This document shows, one piece after another, positions 1-9,596 of a DNA stretch of 49,027 bases (its first letter is position 1; every line of letters begins with the position of its first letter). The notes under the pieces are model-generated. The model was not told the DNA's origin. It searched no databases and saw only the letters and a program-made list of their open reading frames with translations. A program made the position numbers and the translations under genes. The stretch is from Bacteroidota bacterium. Its GTDB lineage: Bacteria > Bacteroidota > Bacteroidia > Chitinophagales > Chitinophagaceae. The stretch covers positions 1 to 49,027 of the forward strand of contig VBAS01000086.1 in the NCBI GenBank assembly GCA_005882975.1, given 5' to 3'.

Positions 1-1
1 C

Positions 2-241
2 ACGCCGCTCAATAATGATTACAAGATCTTATTAATTGGAAATTTCGATAATGCACAGGCTGCGGCCGAGTATGTTCAAGCGGCAAAACCCGTTAGCAAT
101 TCACAGATTGTACCATGGCTGGCTACGGATAAGTACAGTTTTACAATTATATCTGCCGCCAATCTTGAAATACTGAAAACACAGCAGGATATTGGTCTTT
201 ACAAGCAATTCATCGAAAAAAATCTGCCCGGTAAATTTTAG
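2..241 (+). CDS. 3' end of a gene truncated by the window edge; product unknown
   Basis: Frame 2 is open from the window edge to TAG 239-241 (...LLIGNFDNAQAAAEYVQAAKPVSNSQIVPWLATDKYSFTIISAANLEILK...GKF*). It is absent from the ORF track because it has no start. No motif I can name. Confidence 0.4.
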   Translation, partial: TPLNNDYKILLIGNFDNAQAAAEYVQAAKPVSNSQIVPWLATDKYSFTIISAANLEILKTQQDIGLYKQFIEKNLPGKF

Positions 242-339
242 GGATTCCTTTTTACCAAAGCCTTTCTATTTTATTAGCTTTGAAATACATTGTGGTATTT
301 TATTTGAGGTCTTTCATCTTTCACTGAAACCAATACATC

Positions 340-2766
340 ATGAAACGGAGTGTAAAAATCTTTTGGCAAATTTTCTTCGGTGGATTTATTGCTTTTGTAT
401 TAATGGTATTGCTCGCAAGTTGGGGAGTATTTGGTCCCATGCCCTCACTACATAAGCTCGAAAACCCAAGCATATTACAGGCAACCGAAGTATTTGCAGA
501 TGATGGAACACTGATGGGAAAATATTATCTGGAAAAAGGTAACAGGAGTATTGTAGAATATAAGGACATTTCAAAATATGTGATAGATGCACTTGTATCA
601 ACTGAGGATAAAAGATTTTACAATCACTCCGGCATCGATTTTAAAGGCACTCTTCGTGCTGTCATGCTGTTTGGTAGTGAGGGAGGTGGCAGTACTCTCA
701 CTCAACAGTTGGCAAAAGCACTGCTTGATCATGAAGGGAATAAAAGTAAAGCAATTCGTGTTATACAGAAATTGAAAGAATGGATCATTGCGGTCAAGCT
801 TGAAAGAAATTTTACAAAGGACGAAATTCTTGCATTATACCTTAATGCCGTTCCTTTCTCCGATAATGTATTTGGTATACGGAACGCTTCAAAAACTTTT
901 TTTCAAAAAGAGCCATACCAGTTGAATGTTGAAGAATCTGCACTTTTGGTTGGCATGATAAATGGACCAGGTCTTTATAATCCCCGGCGGAATCCAAAGG
1001 CTTCAATTGACCGGCGAAACCTGGTCATCAATCGTATGGTAGATAACGGAAAGCTCTCTTTTGCTGAAGCGACAAAATGTAAAACCAAACCTATTGAAAT
1101 GAATTATCTTAAAATGGATGAAAACACTGGTTATGCTCCTTATTTCCGGGAAGTGTTGCGGGAGGATTTGAAAACAATTTTGAAAGAGATAAAAAAACCA
1201 GACGGTGATACATACGATATCTATGATGATGGTTTGAAAATTTATACAACGATCAATCCGCGTATGCAGGAATATGCGGAAGAAGCAATTGCAGAATGGA
1301 TGCCTACTATGCAAAAATATTTGAATGCAACCGCCAATATTAAAAGTGGAAAAGTATGGGAAGAAAATGAAAGCAAGATCGAACAGGCAATGAGAAACAG
1401 CGATCGCTGGGACAATATGAAAAATGATGGATTCAGTGATGAGGAGATCAAACGGGCATTCAAAAAGAAGGTACCGATGAAAATATTTGCCTGGAATGCA
1501 AAACGAGAAAAGGATACCGTCATGAGTCCTTATGACTCTATTAAATATCATAAACAGGTTATGCAGGCTTCTTTTATGGCAATGGATCCTGTAACGGGAG
1601 AAATTAAAGCATGGGTTGGTGGCGTTAATTTCAAAACATTTAAGTATGACCATGTCAATATAAAAACGAAAAGACAGGTTGGTTCATCTATAAAACCATT
1701 TTTATACGCACAGGCGATGGAGGAACGTGGCTTTAATCCCGAAACACCTGTGGAAGATGTACAACAGGATTTTGGCAGTAATCGCCTTGTACCAGCTACA
1801 AGTAAAAGTTGTTCGGGTCGTACAATGACTATGGCAACTGCATTAGCATTTTCAAAGAACTGTGCAAGTGCTTATATAATGAAACAGGTAACGCCGAAAG
1901 CCTTTGAAGAATTTGTTTCCCGTATAGGTATCCCAACTGATATTGGTCCTTATCCTGCAAATGCACTTGGCGCCTGCGATCTTTCTTTATATGAAATGCT
2001 TTGGGGTTATACAGTTTTTGCTGGTCGTGGATTTTCTACAAGACCCTGGTATATCAGCCGTATCGAAGATAGAAATGGTAACGTGATAAAAAGATTTGAT
2101 TATAGTGTGAACAGGAAAGAAGCAATTAATGAGATCACATCTTATAAAATGGTTCGGATGATGCAGGGCACTGTTGATATTGGTACAGCCGCCGGATTAA
2201 GAAGTCGTTTAGGTGCAGCAGAAATGGGCGGTAAAACAGGAACTACAAATGATAACAGCGATGGATGGTTCATGGGTTATACTCCACAGTTATTGGCAGG
2301 TGTTTGGGTTGGATGTGATGATCGTTTCATAAGGCTGAATAAGAATGATACTCGTGGATACGGCGGTACTTCAGCAAGACCTATCTGGGAAGCTTTTTAT
2401 AAAAAAGTATATGCTGATAAAAAGTTAGGTATTGACAGGGATGCACGGTTCTCAAAACCGGAAGATCTTGAAATGGAAATGAACAGTGCAGACCCTTTGA
2501 ATCTTATTGATGTGATACCTCCCGCAGCTGAAGGTGAGGACCAGGGGGTAGGCAATGAACAAGATTTTGAAATAATAAAAACAAGAGAATATATCGGCCC
2601 GGAAAGCAAACCAGTGATCGACGATAGTAAGGATAAGAAACAAAAAAAAGATACTACAGATAATCAAACCCAGGCTGTAAAAATTGGCGACCCACAACCG
2701 GAAGAAAAAAAGAAGAAAGGTATTTTCAGTAAAATTTTTGGGAAGAAAGATAAGAAGGGGAATTGA
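340..2766 (+). CDS. class A penicillin-binding protein (PBP1A-type glycosyltransferase/transpeptidase)
   Basis: N-terminal TM helix. GT51 motifs EDKRFYNHSGID and GGSTLTQQLAK. Transpeptidase SxxK (SSIKP) and KTG (GKTGTTND). Lys-rich low-complexity C-terminal tail. Confidence 0.92.
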   Translation: MKRSVKIFWQIFFGGFIAFVLMVLLASWGVFGPMPSLHKLENPSILQATEVFADDGTLMGKYYLEKGNRSIVEYKDISKYVIDALVSTEDKRFYNHSGIDFKGTLRAVMLFGSEGGGSTLTQQLAKALLDHEGNKSKAIRVIQKLKEWIIAVKLERNFTKDEILALYLNAVPFSDNVFGIRNASKTFFQKEPYQLNVEESALLVGMINGPGLYNPRRNPKASIDRRNLVINRMVDNGKLSFAEATKCKTKPIEMNYLKMDENTGYAPYFREVLREDLKTILKEIKKPDGDTYDIYDDGLKIYTTINPRMQEYAEEAIAEWMPTMQKYLNATANIKSGKVWEENESKIEQAMRNSDRWDNMKNDGFSDEEIKRAFKKKVPMKIFAWNAKREKDTVMSPYDSIKYHKQVMQASFMAMDPVTGEIKAWVGGVNFKTFKYDHVNIKTKRQVGSSIKPFLYAQAMEERGFNPETPVEDVQQDFGSNRLVPATSKSCSGRTMTMATALAFSKNCASAYIMKQVTPKAFEEFVSRIGIPTDIGPYPANALGACDLSLYEMLWGYTVFAGRGFSTRPWYISRIEDRNGNVIKRFDYSVNRKEAINEITSYKMVRMMQGTVDIGTAAGLRSRLGAAEMGGKTGTTNDNSDGWFMGYTPQLLAGVWVGCDDRFIRLNKNDTRGYGGTSARPIWEAFYKKVYADKKLGIDRDARFSKPEDLEMEMNSADPLNLIDVIPPAAEGEDQGVGNEQDFEIIKTREYIGPESKPVIDDSKDKKQKKDTTDNQTQAVKIGDPQPEEKKKKGIFSKIFGKKDKKGN

Positions 2767-2772
2767 TAAAAT

Positions 2773-3957
2773 TTATTTCCAATCTCTTATCCAATCTTTA
2801 ATACCAAGAAAAACCTGGTTCGCCACTTTCGTTCTGAACTTTGGATCAAGTATCATTTTCTCATCTTCCTTGTTGCTAAGAAAAGCAATTTCCACCAGGC
2901 AGCTCGGGTAATCCGTTGGTTGTATTGGCTGAAAATTAAAGCTGCCTACATTCCCAAATTCTTTAAGATCTTTTATTTCCAGCAATCTTTTTAAAATGCT
3001 TTGTGAAAATGAACGGAACCCGATATGTTTATAATAAGTTGAAACACCTCTCACAGAGTCACGTCCGGAAGAATTCAAATGAAAAGAAATAAAAATATCA
3101 GGGTTGTTTTGTTTCGCCCATAATACACGATCCTTATTCTCAATAGTCGTATCCGTTTCCCTTACCATCAAAACTTTTATCTTTTGCTTTTTCAATATTT
3201 TTTGTAGCTCTTTAGCAAAAAGAAGCGTATAGTTTTTTTCAAGAATGCCTGATGATACACCGCTTGCACCAAGGTTAGTTCCTCCATGCCCCGCATCAAT
3301 GGCGATCGTCATTTTCTGAATGCCCGCAGGCAGTCTTCTTATTTTTAGTTGCAGTGTGTTCCCATTGTAGCCGATACTATATCCATAATGCTGCTGCTTC
3401 ATTAACTCAATTGTGATCTGCAAAACATCGCTTTCTGTCTGTTCATACCAAACATTCTTTACAGCTTTTGCTGATGATAGTTGTGTTATCCAGTTTATAT
3501 TGCTTTGTACATTATACAATTCAATTTTTATCCTTGAAGGATCTATTTCCATCCAGCTTTTATAAGGAACTCTTCCGCTAAGCGAAAAACTTACTGAATC
3601 AACCAGGTTGCTACCGGGTTCACTTCCTCCTTTTACATGCCAGCTTTCACATAGAGCAGTTGATAACATAGTATCAGGAAACGGCTGCGTATAAGTTTTC
3701 TCAATAAAGGCATAATGCATGGCTGAAAGCTGAACCTTATACAAGTTCTTTACTGTGTCAATTACTTTCATCACAATAGAAGTATCGATATAACCCATTT
3801 TGGCACTCCCCAACCTGTCTTCGCCACTGCTGTAAGCAAGCTGTGGGAGTTTACCCTTCGTAATTATATATGAAGGAATGAGACCTTGTGTAAATAATGA
3901 TGACCCATTTAAAAAGAAAAGCAAAAGACCCACAGATAAAATTTTCTTTAAAATCAT
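2773..3957 (-). CDS. N-acetylmuramoyl-L-alanine amidase (Amidase_3 / AmiC-like), secreted
   Basis: Signal peptide. Amidase_3 zinc-ligand contexts IAIDAGHGG, FISFHLNS and LVEIAFLSN in the C-terminal half. Confidence 0.85.
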   Translation of the reverse strand: MILKKILSVGLLLFFLNGSSLFTQGLIPSYIITKGKLPQLAYSSGEDRLGSAKMGYIDTSIVMKVIDTVKNLYKVQLSAMHYAFIEKTYTQPFPDTMLSTALCESWHVKGGSEPGSNLVDSVSFSLSGRVPYKSWMEIDPSRIKIELYNVQSNINWITQLSSAKAVKNVWYEQTESDVLQITIELMKQQHYGYSIGYNGNTLQLKIRRLPAGIQKMTIAIDAGHGGTNLGASGVSSGILEKNYTLLFAKELQKILKKQKIKVLMVRETDTTIENKDRVLWAKQNNPDIFISFHLNSSGRDSVRGVSTYYKHIGFRSFSQSILKRLLEIKDLKEFGNVGSFNFQPIQPTDYPSCLVEIAFLSNKEDEKMILDPKFRTKVANQVFLGIKDWIRDWK

Positions 3958-4055
3958 GATTGAAGATAACAGAAATTATTTCTCAAAACACTTGCTGTAG
4001 ATAGCTTCCTTATTTTTACTGGCTTCTTTTCTTATCTTTCTAAAAATTAACCACC

Positions 4056-4769
4056 ATGGTCTTATTGGGTCTTTCCATTGCCCCCGGACTTGCTATCTGC
4101 CTTTATATTTTTCTTAAAGACATTTACAATAAAGAACCAAAAAGATTATTGTTATTCAGCTTTTTTTTAGGAATACTGTCTATTATTCCCCCTTATTTTA
4201 TTGAAACATACTCAGTGAATTTTTTTAATTCGAGCATATCCTCATTGGCGACATTGGCATTTTGTGTAGTGGCGTTAAGCGAAGAGTTGAGCAAGTTCCT
4301 GGTAGTTCGTTATTTCTGTTACCCGCAGAAAAGATTTGATGAACCGCTTGATGGCATTGTTTACAGCGTAATGGTAAGTATGGGTTTCGCTACTATTGAA
4401 AATATAAATTATGTTTTCACACATGGTTATAGCACTGCGTTTGTAAGAATGTTTTTAAGCGTGCCGGCTCATGCAACTTTTGGTGTGGTGATGGGCTATT
4501 TTATTGGTAAAGCAAAATTTGACAGTGCTAATAGTTTTAAATACCTGTTTATCGGTTTGCTCGTCGCCGTTCTTTTTCATGGCACATTCGATTTCTTTAT
4601 TTTTTTACAAGCAAACGAAGCGATCAAAGCTTATGTTTCTGATGGATTATTATTTGCAGGTGCGGTCGTTTCATATATCATTGCTATTTTTCTCAGCAGA
4701 AAACAAATAAGGCTTCACCGCCAGATATCAAAACAATTATTTAAACCCGATCCTGATCAATATGTTTGA
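4056..4769 (+). CDS. PrsW-family intramembrane protease
   Basis: Polytopic membrane protein with PrsW-type motifs EELSKF, FATIEN, HATFG and H..FDF. Confidence 0.75.
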   Translation: MVLLGLSIAPGLAICLYIFLKDIYNKEPKRLLLFSFFLGILSIIPPYFIETYSVNFFNSSISSLATLAFCVVALSEELSKFLVVRYFCYPQKRFDEPLDGIVYSVMVSMGFATIENINYVFTHGYSTAFVRMFLSVPAHATFGVVMGYFIGKAKFDSANSFKYLFIGLLVAVLFHGTFDFFIFLQANEAIKAYVSDGLLFAGAVVSYIIAIFLSRKQIRLHRQISKQLFKPDPDQYV

Positions 4770-5253
4770 AATAAAAAAAGCTGGAGTAAACGATATAGCG
4801 CTGATACGTGAGCTTACATTTCGTGTTTGGCCGCAAACTTATGCATCGATCCTTTCACAAGAACAAATTGATTATATGCTGGAAATGATGTACAGTGAAA
4901 CTTCCTTAAAAAAACAAATGACCGAAGATGACTGCGAATTTATTATTGTTTATGAAAACGGAAATCCCGTGGGCTTTGCTTCCTACAGCGAAGAAGAAAC
5001 CCATAAATGGAAGCTAAATAAGATCTATGTACTACAAAATCAGCAAGGGAAAGGAACGGGTAAATATGTGATCAACTATATAATCGAAGAAATAAAAAAG
5101 CAAAATGCAAGTTCACTTTATTTACAAGTGAATCGGTATAACAACGCAAAAACTTTTTATGAGAAGCTTGGATTTACCGAAGTCGATTGTATCAATCTCG
5201 ATATTGGGAATGGTTATTTTATGAATGACTATGTAATGGAGAAGAAGCTATAG
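4762..5253 (+). CDS. GNAT family N-acetyltransferase
   Basis: About 160 aa. Acetyl-CoA binding Q/RxxGxG/A motif (QQGKGTGKY). Overlaps the preceding gene by 8 nt. Confidence 0.8.
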   Translation: MFEIKKAGVNDIALIRELTFRVWPQTYASILSQEQIDYMLEMMYSETSLKKQMTEDDCEFIIVYENGNPVGFASYSEEETHKWKLNKIYVLQNQQGKGTGKYVINYIIEEIKKQNASSLYLQVNRYNNAKTFYEKLGFTEVDCINLDIGNGYFMNDYVMEKKL

Positions 5254-5284
5254 TTATGAATAAAAATCTTCTGCTCATCATTGT

Positions 5285-5728
5285 TTAATTGCATTTCAAA
5301 TACTTCCTTGGATTCACCGGTTCTTCCTGTAGAAACATAAGCATCTCCAGCATATCTCCCGGTTTGTAGGTGCCGATTATATCTCCAGTTTTTACCCGGG
5401 CACCTTGTTTTACTTTGGGTGTTAGCACACCTGCATACCAGAAATAATAACCTTTATATTGTAATACCACATCATACTTGGTATCTTCTGTTCTGGCGAC
5501 AATAACAACTGCAGCGTCATGAACAGCCTGGACCGCTGTATCAGTTTTACTGGAAACCATTACTCCGTACTCAGATGATTTTTGATAGTCCTTATCACTG
5601 GCTCTTATGATCTTTGGTACGCCCGTTTTAAGTGGACATGATAATTGCAGGCTATCCTGTGCAAATACAAATGAAACTGTAAAAGAAAATAATAAAAGAA
5701 AGGCGGTTCGTTTTAGATCCATTCTCAT
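5285..5728 (-). CDS. secreted protein with degenerate LytM/M23-like domain (paralog of 6052..6528)
   Basis: Signal peptide ending FAQ. Lines up by eye with M23 peptidases (EYGVMVSS-KTDTAVQAVHDAAVV vs HxGxDxx...GTPVxAxxxGxV; VKQGARVKTGDIIGTY...MLEMLMF...PVNPRKYL vs V.kGq.V.aGq.IG..G...HLHFE...vdP..yl). The metal-ligand H/D/H/H are all replaced. Conserved Cys near each end. Confidence 0.55.
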   Translation of the reverse strand: MRMDLKRTAFLLLFSFTVSFVFAQDSLQLSCPLKTGVPKIIRASDKDYQKSSEYGVMVSSKTDTAVQAVHDAAVVIVARTEDTKYDVVLQYKGYYFWYAGVLTPKVKQGARVKTGDIIGTYKPGDMLEMLMFLQEEPVNPRKYLKCN

Positions 5729-6027
5729 TAGTTTTTTTGAAAGCTAAGTTTTTTCATCATTTCATCGCTTAATGCTTCTGAATAAACGCCAAAAGCATTT
5801 ACCAATACCCCTTTCACCCCCGACTTGGATTCTATTGCATATACTACTGCTTCATCACCCGGATCACTATTACCTTCGAAACGATGAAATTCTGTTATTT
5901 CAAAATCTTTAGGATTAAAATTTTGTCCCTGGCATTCAAGACTATTTCCCTTTAAATTAAAATCCAATGTGTATCCTCTCTCTTTTAGTCCGTTCACAGC
6001 TTGTGACACTGTATCATACGCTGCCAT
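5728..6027 (-). CDS. small conserved cytoplasmic protein, function unknown
   Basis: 99-aa ORF with no signal peptide. Its stop overlaps the start of the downstream gene (TAATG at 5726-5730), which suggests translational coupling. Confidence 0.6.
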   Translation of the reverse strand: MAAYDTVSQAVNGLKERGYTLDFNLKGNSLECQGQNFNPKDFEITEFHRFEGNSDPGDEAVVYAIESKSGVKGVLVNAFGVYSEALSDEMMKKLSFQKN

Positions 6028-6051
6028 GTTTTTAAATTTTAAAAGTTATGT

Positions 6052-6528
6052 TTATTCTTTTTTCTCTTCTGCGGGTTTGCACTCAAGAAATTCGCGGGAA
6101 TCCATTGGTTCTTCATCTTTAAACATTCTGAATTCCATTTCCTGACCAATTTTATAAAGCCCTAATACCTGCCCTGCCTTTATTTGCTGATTTACATTTA
6201 CCAATGCTTTCGAAATTCCATAGTACCAGAAATACCATTCTTTGTAATAGATCACTATTTCAAAACGGCCATCTTCGGTCGGGTTAATGCTCAACACTTT
6301 TGCGTCAATACAACTACGGATCGCCGTGTCAGTTTTACTCATCATTATCACTTTCTTGTCCGGCGGATCCCAGGTAAATGCCTCCTTTGGTTCACGTCCC
6401 ATTCCATTTTCAAAAGGGCATAAAAGCTTTTTATCGAACTTTTGTTCGCTGTTGCTTTTATTTTTCTGTCCAAAAACTGAACCGATAATGAATATCAGTC
6501 CTGCCAGCAATAAGATTTTCTTTTTCAT
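6052..6528 (-). CDS. secreted protein with degenerate LytM/M23-like domain (paralog of 5285..5728)
   Basis: Signal peptide. Shares with the paralog CP.., SKTDTA, TED, Y..YFWY.G, K.G..(I/L)G.YK.G...E...MF..EEP...R..L.C. Lacks the HxxxD and HxH ligands. Confidence 0.55.
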   Translation of the reverse strand: MKKKILLLAGLIFIIGSVFGQKNKSNSEQKFDKKLLCPFENGMGREPKEAFTWDPPDKKVIMMSKTDTAIRSCIDAKVLSINPTEDGRFEIVIYYKEWYFWYYGISKALVNVNQQIKAGQVLGLYKIGQEMEFRMFKDEEPMDSREFLECKPAEEKKE

Positions 6529-6769
6529 GATTAATTCCGGATTCCAGGGTTACAGACGTCAAGTCCATTATATTCGTTGGCCGTGTCTTTAATTATATAC
6601 AAGTTACCTCAATAGAACGAAGCAAATTACAGATTTGCAGCGTATAATTATAATTTCTACTCCACAAAAAAGAGCTTGCAGGCTGGTGAAAATACTTATA
6701 AGTTTATTTCTACTTGACAAAAAGAGAAGGACCTCACCATAAACTTTCGACAGATGCAATACCAAAAAT

Positions 6770-7264
6770 CTAAATTATCATATGTGTCTCTTTCACGGCA
6801 CCCATAACAAAAACACTTTGCACATTCCCTATATTCTCCATTTCAGACAAACGGTTTACATGAAAATTATAATATGCATCCATGTCCTCAACCACGATCT
6901 TTAGCATAAAATCAAACTGTCCTGAAATACTATAGCATTCCAAGACCTCGGTCATATCCCTGATCGCTTTCACAAATCGTGATCCTGCTGTTTTATTGTG
7001 CTGCATGAGTGAGACATACACGATCACCATTAAACGCTTATTTAGTTTTGCCGGATCAACAAGTGTTGCATATTGTTTGATCACTCCTGTTTCTTCCATC
7101 CACTTGATCCGCTCATAAACAGGTGTCGTACTCAAATTAACTTTGTCAGAAATTTCTTTTACAGTAATTCTTGCGTTATGTTGCAATAGCTTCAATATGG
7201 CGATGTCTTTTTGATCTAACGCAACATGAGTAGTAGAATCGTCTTTTTTTATTGCTTTAGCCAT
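6770..7264 (-). CDS. Lrp/AsnC family transcriptional regulator
   Basis: N-terminal HTH (LDQKDIAILKLLQHNARITVKEISDKVNLSTTPVYERIKWMEETGVI) plus a C-terminal RAM/AsnC_trans_reg-type domain. Divergent from ahcY. Confidence 0.88.
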   Translation of the reverse strand: MAKAIKKDDSTTHVALDQKDIAILKLLQHNARITVKEISDKVNLSTTPVYERIKWMEETGVIKQYATLVDPAKLNKRLMVIVYVSLMQHNKTAGSRFVKAIRDMTEVLECYSISGQFDFMLKIVVEDMDAYYNFHVNRLSEMENIGNVQSVFVMGAVKETHMII

Positions 7265-7473
7265 AGTAAAAAGGTCGTTTATTCTACAAGAAACAAATTT
7301 CCAGGCACTTTATTCCAAATTTTTATAAGAAGTCAGGCGTTTTACCTATTTCTCTACCTTTGATTTCAGTTAATTCTTTGTGTGGTTGATTTTCCCATAT
7401 TTACTCTGAGGAGAAATAGGAATACACGAAGAAAAAATTAAATTTTTTAACTTATAACTCTTAATTAAAAACC

Positions 7474-8799
7474 ATGTCAACAACAATCTCAAACATCGAC
7501 TTTAAGCTGTCCAATAAAGTGAAAGATATTTCACTCGCAGAATGGGGACGTAAAGAAATTCGCCTTGCTGAAGCAGAAATGCCCGGCCTAATGGCAATCC
7601 GTAAAGAATACGGAGCAAAACAACCTCTTAAAGGTGCTCGTATAGCTGGCTGTCTTCACATGACCATTCAAACTGCAGTACTGATCGAAACATTAATTGA
7701 ATTGGGAGCTGAAGTAAAATGGAGCTCTTGCAATATTTTCTCAACACAGGATCATGCGGCTGCTGCCATTGCCGCTGCAGGTATCGGTGTGTTTGCATGG
7801 AAAGGACAAACACTTGAGGAAGCTGATTGGTGTATTGAGCAAACTCTTTTCTTTGGTGGCGCCGATCGTCCATTGAATATGATACTTGACGATGGCGGAG
7901 ATCTTACCAATATTGTATTGGATAAATATCCTGAACTGATACAGCATCTGAAAGGTATCAGCGAAGAAACAACTACTGGTGTTCATCGTCTTTATGAAAG
8001 AGTGCAGAAAGGTACATTGCCTGTTCCTGCTATTAACGTGAACGACTCTGTTACAAAAAGCAAGTTTGATAACAAATACGGTTGTAAAGAAAGTCTGGTG
8101 GATGCGATCCGCCGTGCAACTGATGTGATGATGGCAGGTAAAGTAGCTGTTGTTGGTGGTTATGGTGATGTTGGTAAAGGTTCTGCAGCTTCATTGAAAG
8201 GCGCAGGTTGTCGTGTAATTGTTACGGAGATCGATCCTATCTGTGCATTGCAAGCTGCAATGGATGGTTTTGAAGTAAAGAAAATGGCTGATGCCGTTAA
8301 AGAAGCGGACATTATTGTCACAGCTTCGGGCTGTCGCGACCTTATTACTGAAAAGCATTTCCGTAGCATGAAGGATAAAGCGATCGTCTGCAATATTGGT
8401 CACTTTGATATCGAGATAGATGTAGCATGGTTGAATAATAATTTTGGTCATACAAAAGATACTGTCAAACCACAGGTAGATGTTTATACTGTTGACGGAA
8501 AAGACATCATACTTCTTGCTGAAGGTCGTTTGGTAAATCTTGGTTGTGCTACAGGTCACCCAAGCTTTGTAATGAGTAATTCATTCTCCAATCAAACATT
8601 GGCGCAGATAGAACTTTGGAACAATCATAAAAATTATGAGAATAAGGTTTATGTTCTTCCAAAACATTTGGATGAGAAGGTAGCAAGACTTCATCTTTCA
8701 AAGATTGGGGTTGAGCTGGATGAACTTAGTACTGAGCAGGCCGATTATCTTGGTATCCCGAAAGTTGGACCGTTCAAGCCAGAACATTACAGGTATTAA
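7474..8799 (+). CDS. ahcY: adenosylhomocysteinase
   Basis: 441 aa. [12 protein letters not shown]-binding [23 protein letters not shown] and C-terminal ...PFKPEHYRY are typical of SAH hydrolase. Confidence 0.95.
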   Translation: MSTTISNIDFKLSNKVKDISLAEWGRKEIRLAEAEMPGLMAIRKEYGAKQPLKGARIAGCLHMTIQTAVLIETLIELGAEVKWSSCNIFSTQDHAAAAIAAAGIGVFAWKGQTLEEADWCIEQTLFFGGADRPLNMILDDGGDLTNIVLDKYPELIQHLKGISEETTTGVHRLYERVQKGTLPVPAINVNDSVTKSKFDNKYGCKESLVDAIRRATDVMMAGKVAVVGGYGDVGKGSAASLKGAGCRVIVTEIDPICALQAAMDGFEVKKMADAVKEADIIVTASGCRDLITEKHFRSMKDKAIVCNIGHFDIEIDVAWLNNNFGHTKDTVKPQVDVYTVDGKDIILLAEGRLVNLGCATGHPSFVMSNSFSNQTLAQIELWNNHKNYENKVYVLPKHLDEKVARLHLSKIGVELDELSTEQADYLGIPKVGPFKPEHYRY

Positions 8800-8830
8800 G
8801 ATGATAACTGAAAGTTGATAGATAATAGTT

Positions 8831-8859
8831 AAAGCCTCGAATTATTCGGGGCTTTTTTT
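8831..8859 (+). terminator. rho-independent terminator after ahcY
   Basis: aaagcctcgaa-tta-ttcggggcttt hairpin (one mismatch) followed by a T-run. Confidence 0.7.
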
Positions 8860-8926
8860 ATTGTCTCTAAAATTTGAAATTGTGTACCTTTCTATCATCA
8901 AAATTTTTCCACTTAAAAATTTTTTT

Positions 8927-9094
8927 ATGAAACAACTGCTAACAGTTCTTGTAATTTTTTCAATCACATTTTTATTGATTGCTTGTAACAGCAATACGGC
9001 CAGCGAATCTGGCACCAATACGGCAACGGAAAAAGAAACGAAGTCTTTTGATCTCGCGGCTGCAAAAAAAGTTATTGATTTTCTCAATGCTTAA
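8927..9094 (+). CDS. 55-aa lipoprotein-like ORF, probably the N-terminal remnant of a larger gene
   Basis: MKQLLTVLVIFSITFLLIAC lipobox, then a Ser/Thr linker and ...DLAAAKKVIDFLNA*. It ends where SnoaL/DUF4440-type lipoproteins normally begin their fold. Confidence 0.35.
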   Translation: MKQLLTVLVIFSITFLLIACNSNTASESGTNTATEKETKSFDLAAAKKVIDFLNA

Positions 9095-9184
9095 AAACTA
9101 TTGTGTAAAACTTATATCCTATATAGTTTTCTTTGGAATAATTGTTGCCACAATTGCAGTTCTCCAATTTCTCCATAAATCAAA

Positions 9185-9191
9185 AAGGAGG
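9185..9191 (+). promoter_or_regulatory. strong Shine-Dalgarno (AAGGAGG) 5 nt upstream of ATG 9197
   Basis: aaaaAGGAGGttcatATG. No other gene start I inspected in this window shows a comparable SD. Confidence 0.6.
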
Positions 9192-9196
9192 TTCAT

Positions 9197-9511
9197 ATGA
9201 CAAACGTCGCACTCTGGGTACAACTTGAAGCTAAAAAAGGTAAAGAGGCAGAAGTGGAAACTTTTTTACGAGATGTCCTTACCATTGTTAACAATGAAAC
9301 AGGAACTATTACGTGGTATGCATTGAAACTAGGCCCGACTTCGTATGCGATATTCGATACTTTTTCTGATAATACAGGAAGGGAAGCCCATTTAGCCGGC
9401 CAGGTTGCCAAAGCTCTTAAGGAAAAAGCTTCTGATCTTTTTTCTAAACCGCCAACAATTGAAAGAATTGATGTGCTTGCTGCCAAACTGCCTGAATTAG
9501 AACATCACTAA
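9197..9511 (+). CDS. ABM-domain (antibiotic biosynthesis monooxygenase-like / putative quinol monooxygenase) protein
   Basis: 104 aa. Ferredoxin-like ABM pattern (VALWVQLEAKKGKEAEVETFL...TWYALKLGPTSYAIFDTFSDNTGREAHL). Confidence 0.65.
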   Translation: MTNVALWVQLEAKKGKEAEVETFLRDVLTIVNNETGTITWYALKLGPTSYAIFDTFSDNTGREAHLAGQVAKALKEKASDLFSKPPTIERIDVLAAKLPELEHH

Positions 9512-9538
9512 CCTGCTTTAAACTCTTTGAGTCAAACG

Positions 9539-9596
9539 ATCCCGGAGCTTTTAATTCATCGTCGATCCGATGTAAGGGCCCCGGGATTTCATTTTT
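9539..9596 (+). terminator. possible terminator after the ABM gene
   Basis: atcccgg (9539-9545) pairs with ccgggat (9581-9587). There is an inner catcg/cgatg hairpin, followed by ttcattttt. Confidence 0.3.

Noticed and set aside
192-455. 87-aa ORF bridging the first spacer and the PBP1A start
   Set aside because: It overlaps the well-supported PBP1A start out of frame and the end of the upstream gene. There is no coding signal.
1003-1653. 216-aa antisense ORF inside the PBP1A gene, with similar shadow ORFs at 30969..31433, 37406..38110, 8191..8559 and 28890..29273
   Set aside because: These lie fully inside strongly supported genes on the opposite strand. They have low-complexity or hydrophobic compositions and no motifs, which is typical of shadow ORFs in AT-rich DNA.
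2560-2766. Lys/Asp/Gln-rich low-complexity tail of PBP1A as a separate feature
   Set aside because: It is continuous with the PBP reading frame. Disordered C-terminal tails are common in class A PBPs, so there is nothing to suggest an independent element.
7265-7473. Possible SAH/SAM riboswitch in the 210-nt leader of ahcY
   Set aside because: The leader is AT-rich. It lacks the GC-rich pseudoknot core expected for the SAH element, and I could not trace any conserved helices. Only a weak TACCTTTG promoter-like box (7355-7362) is visible.
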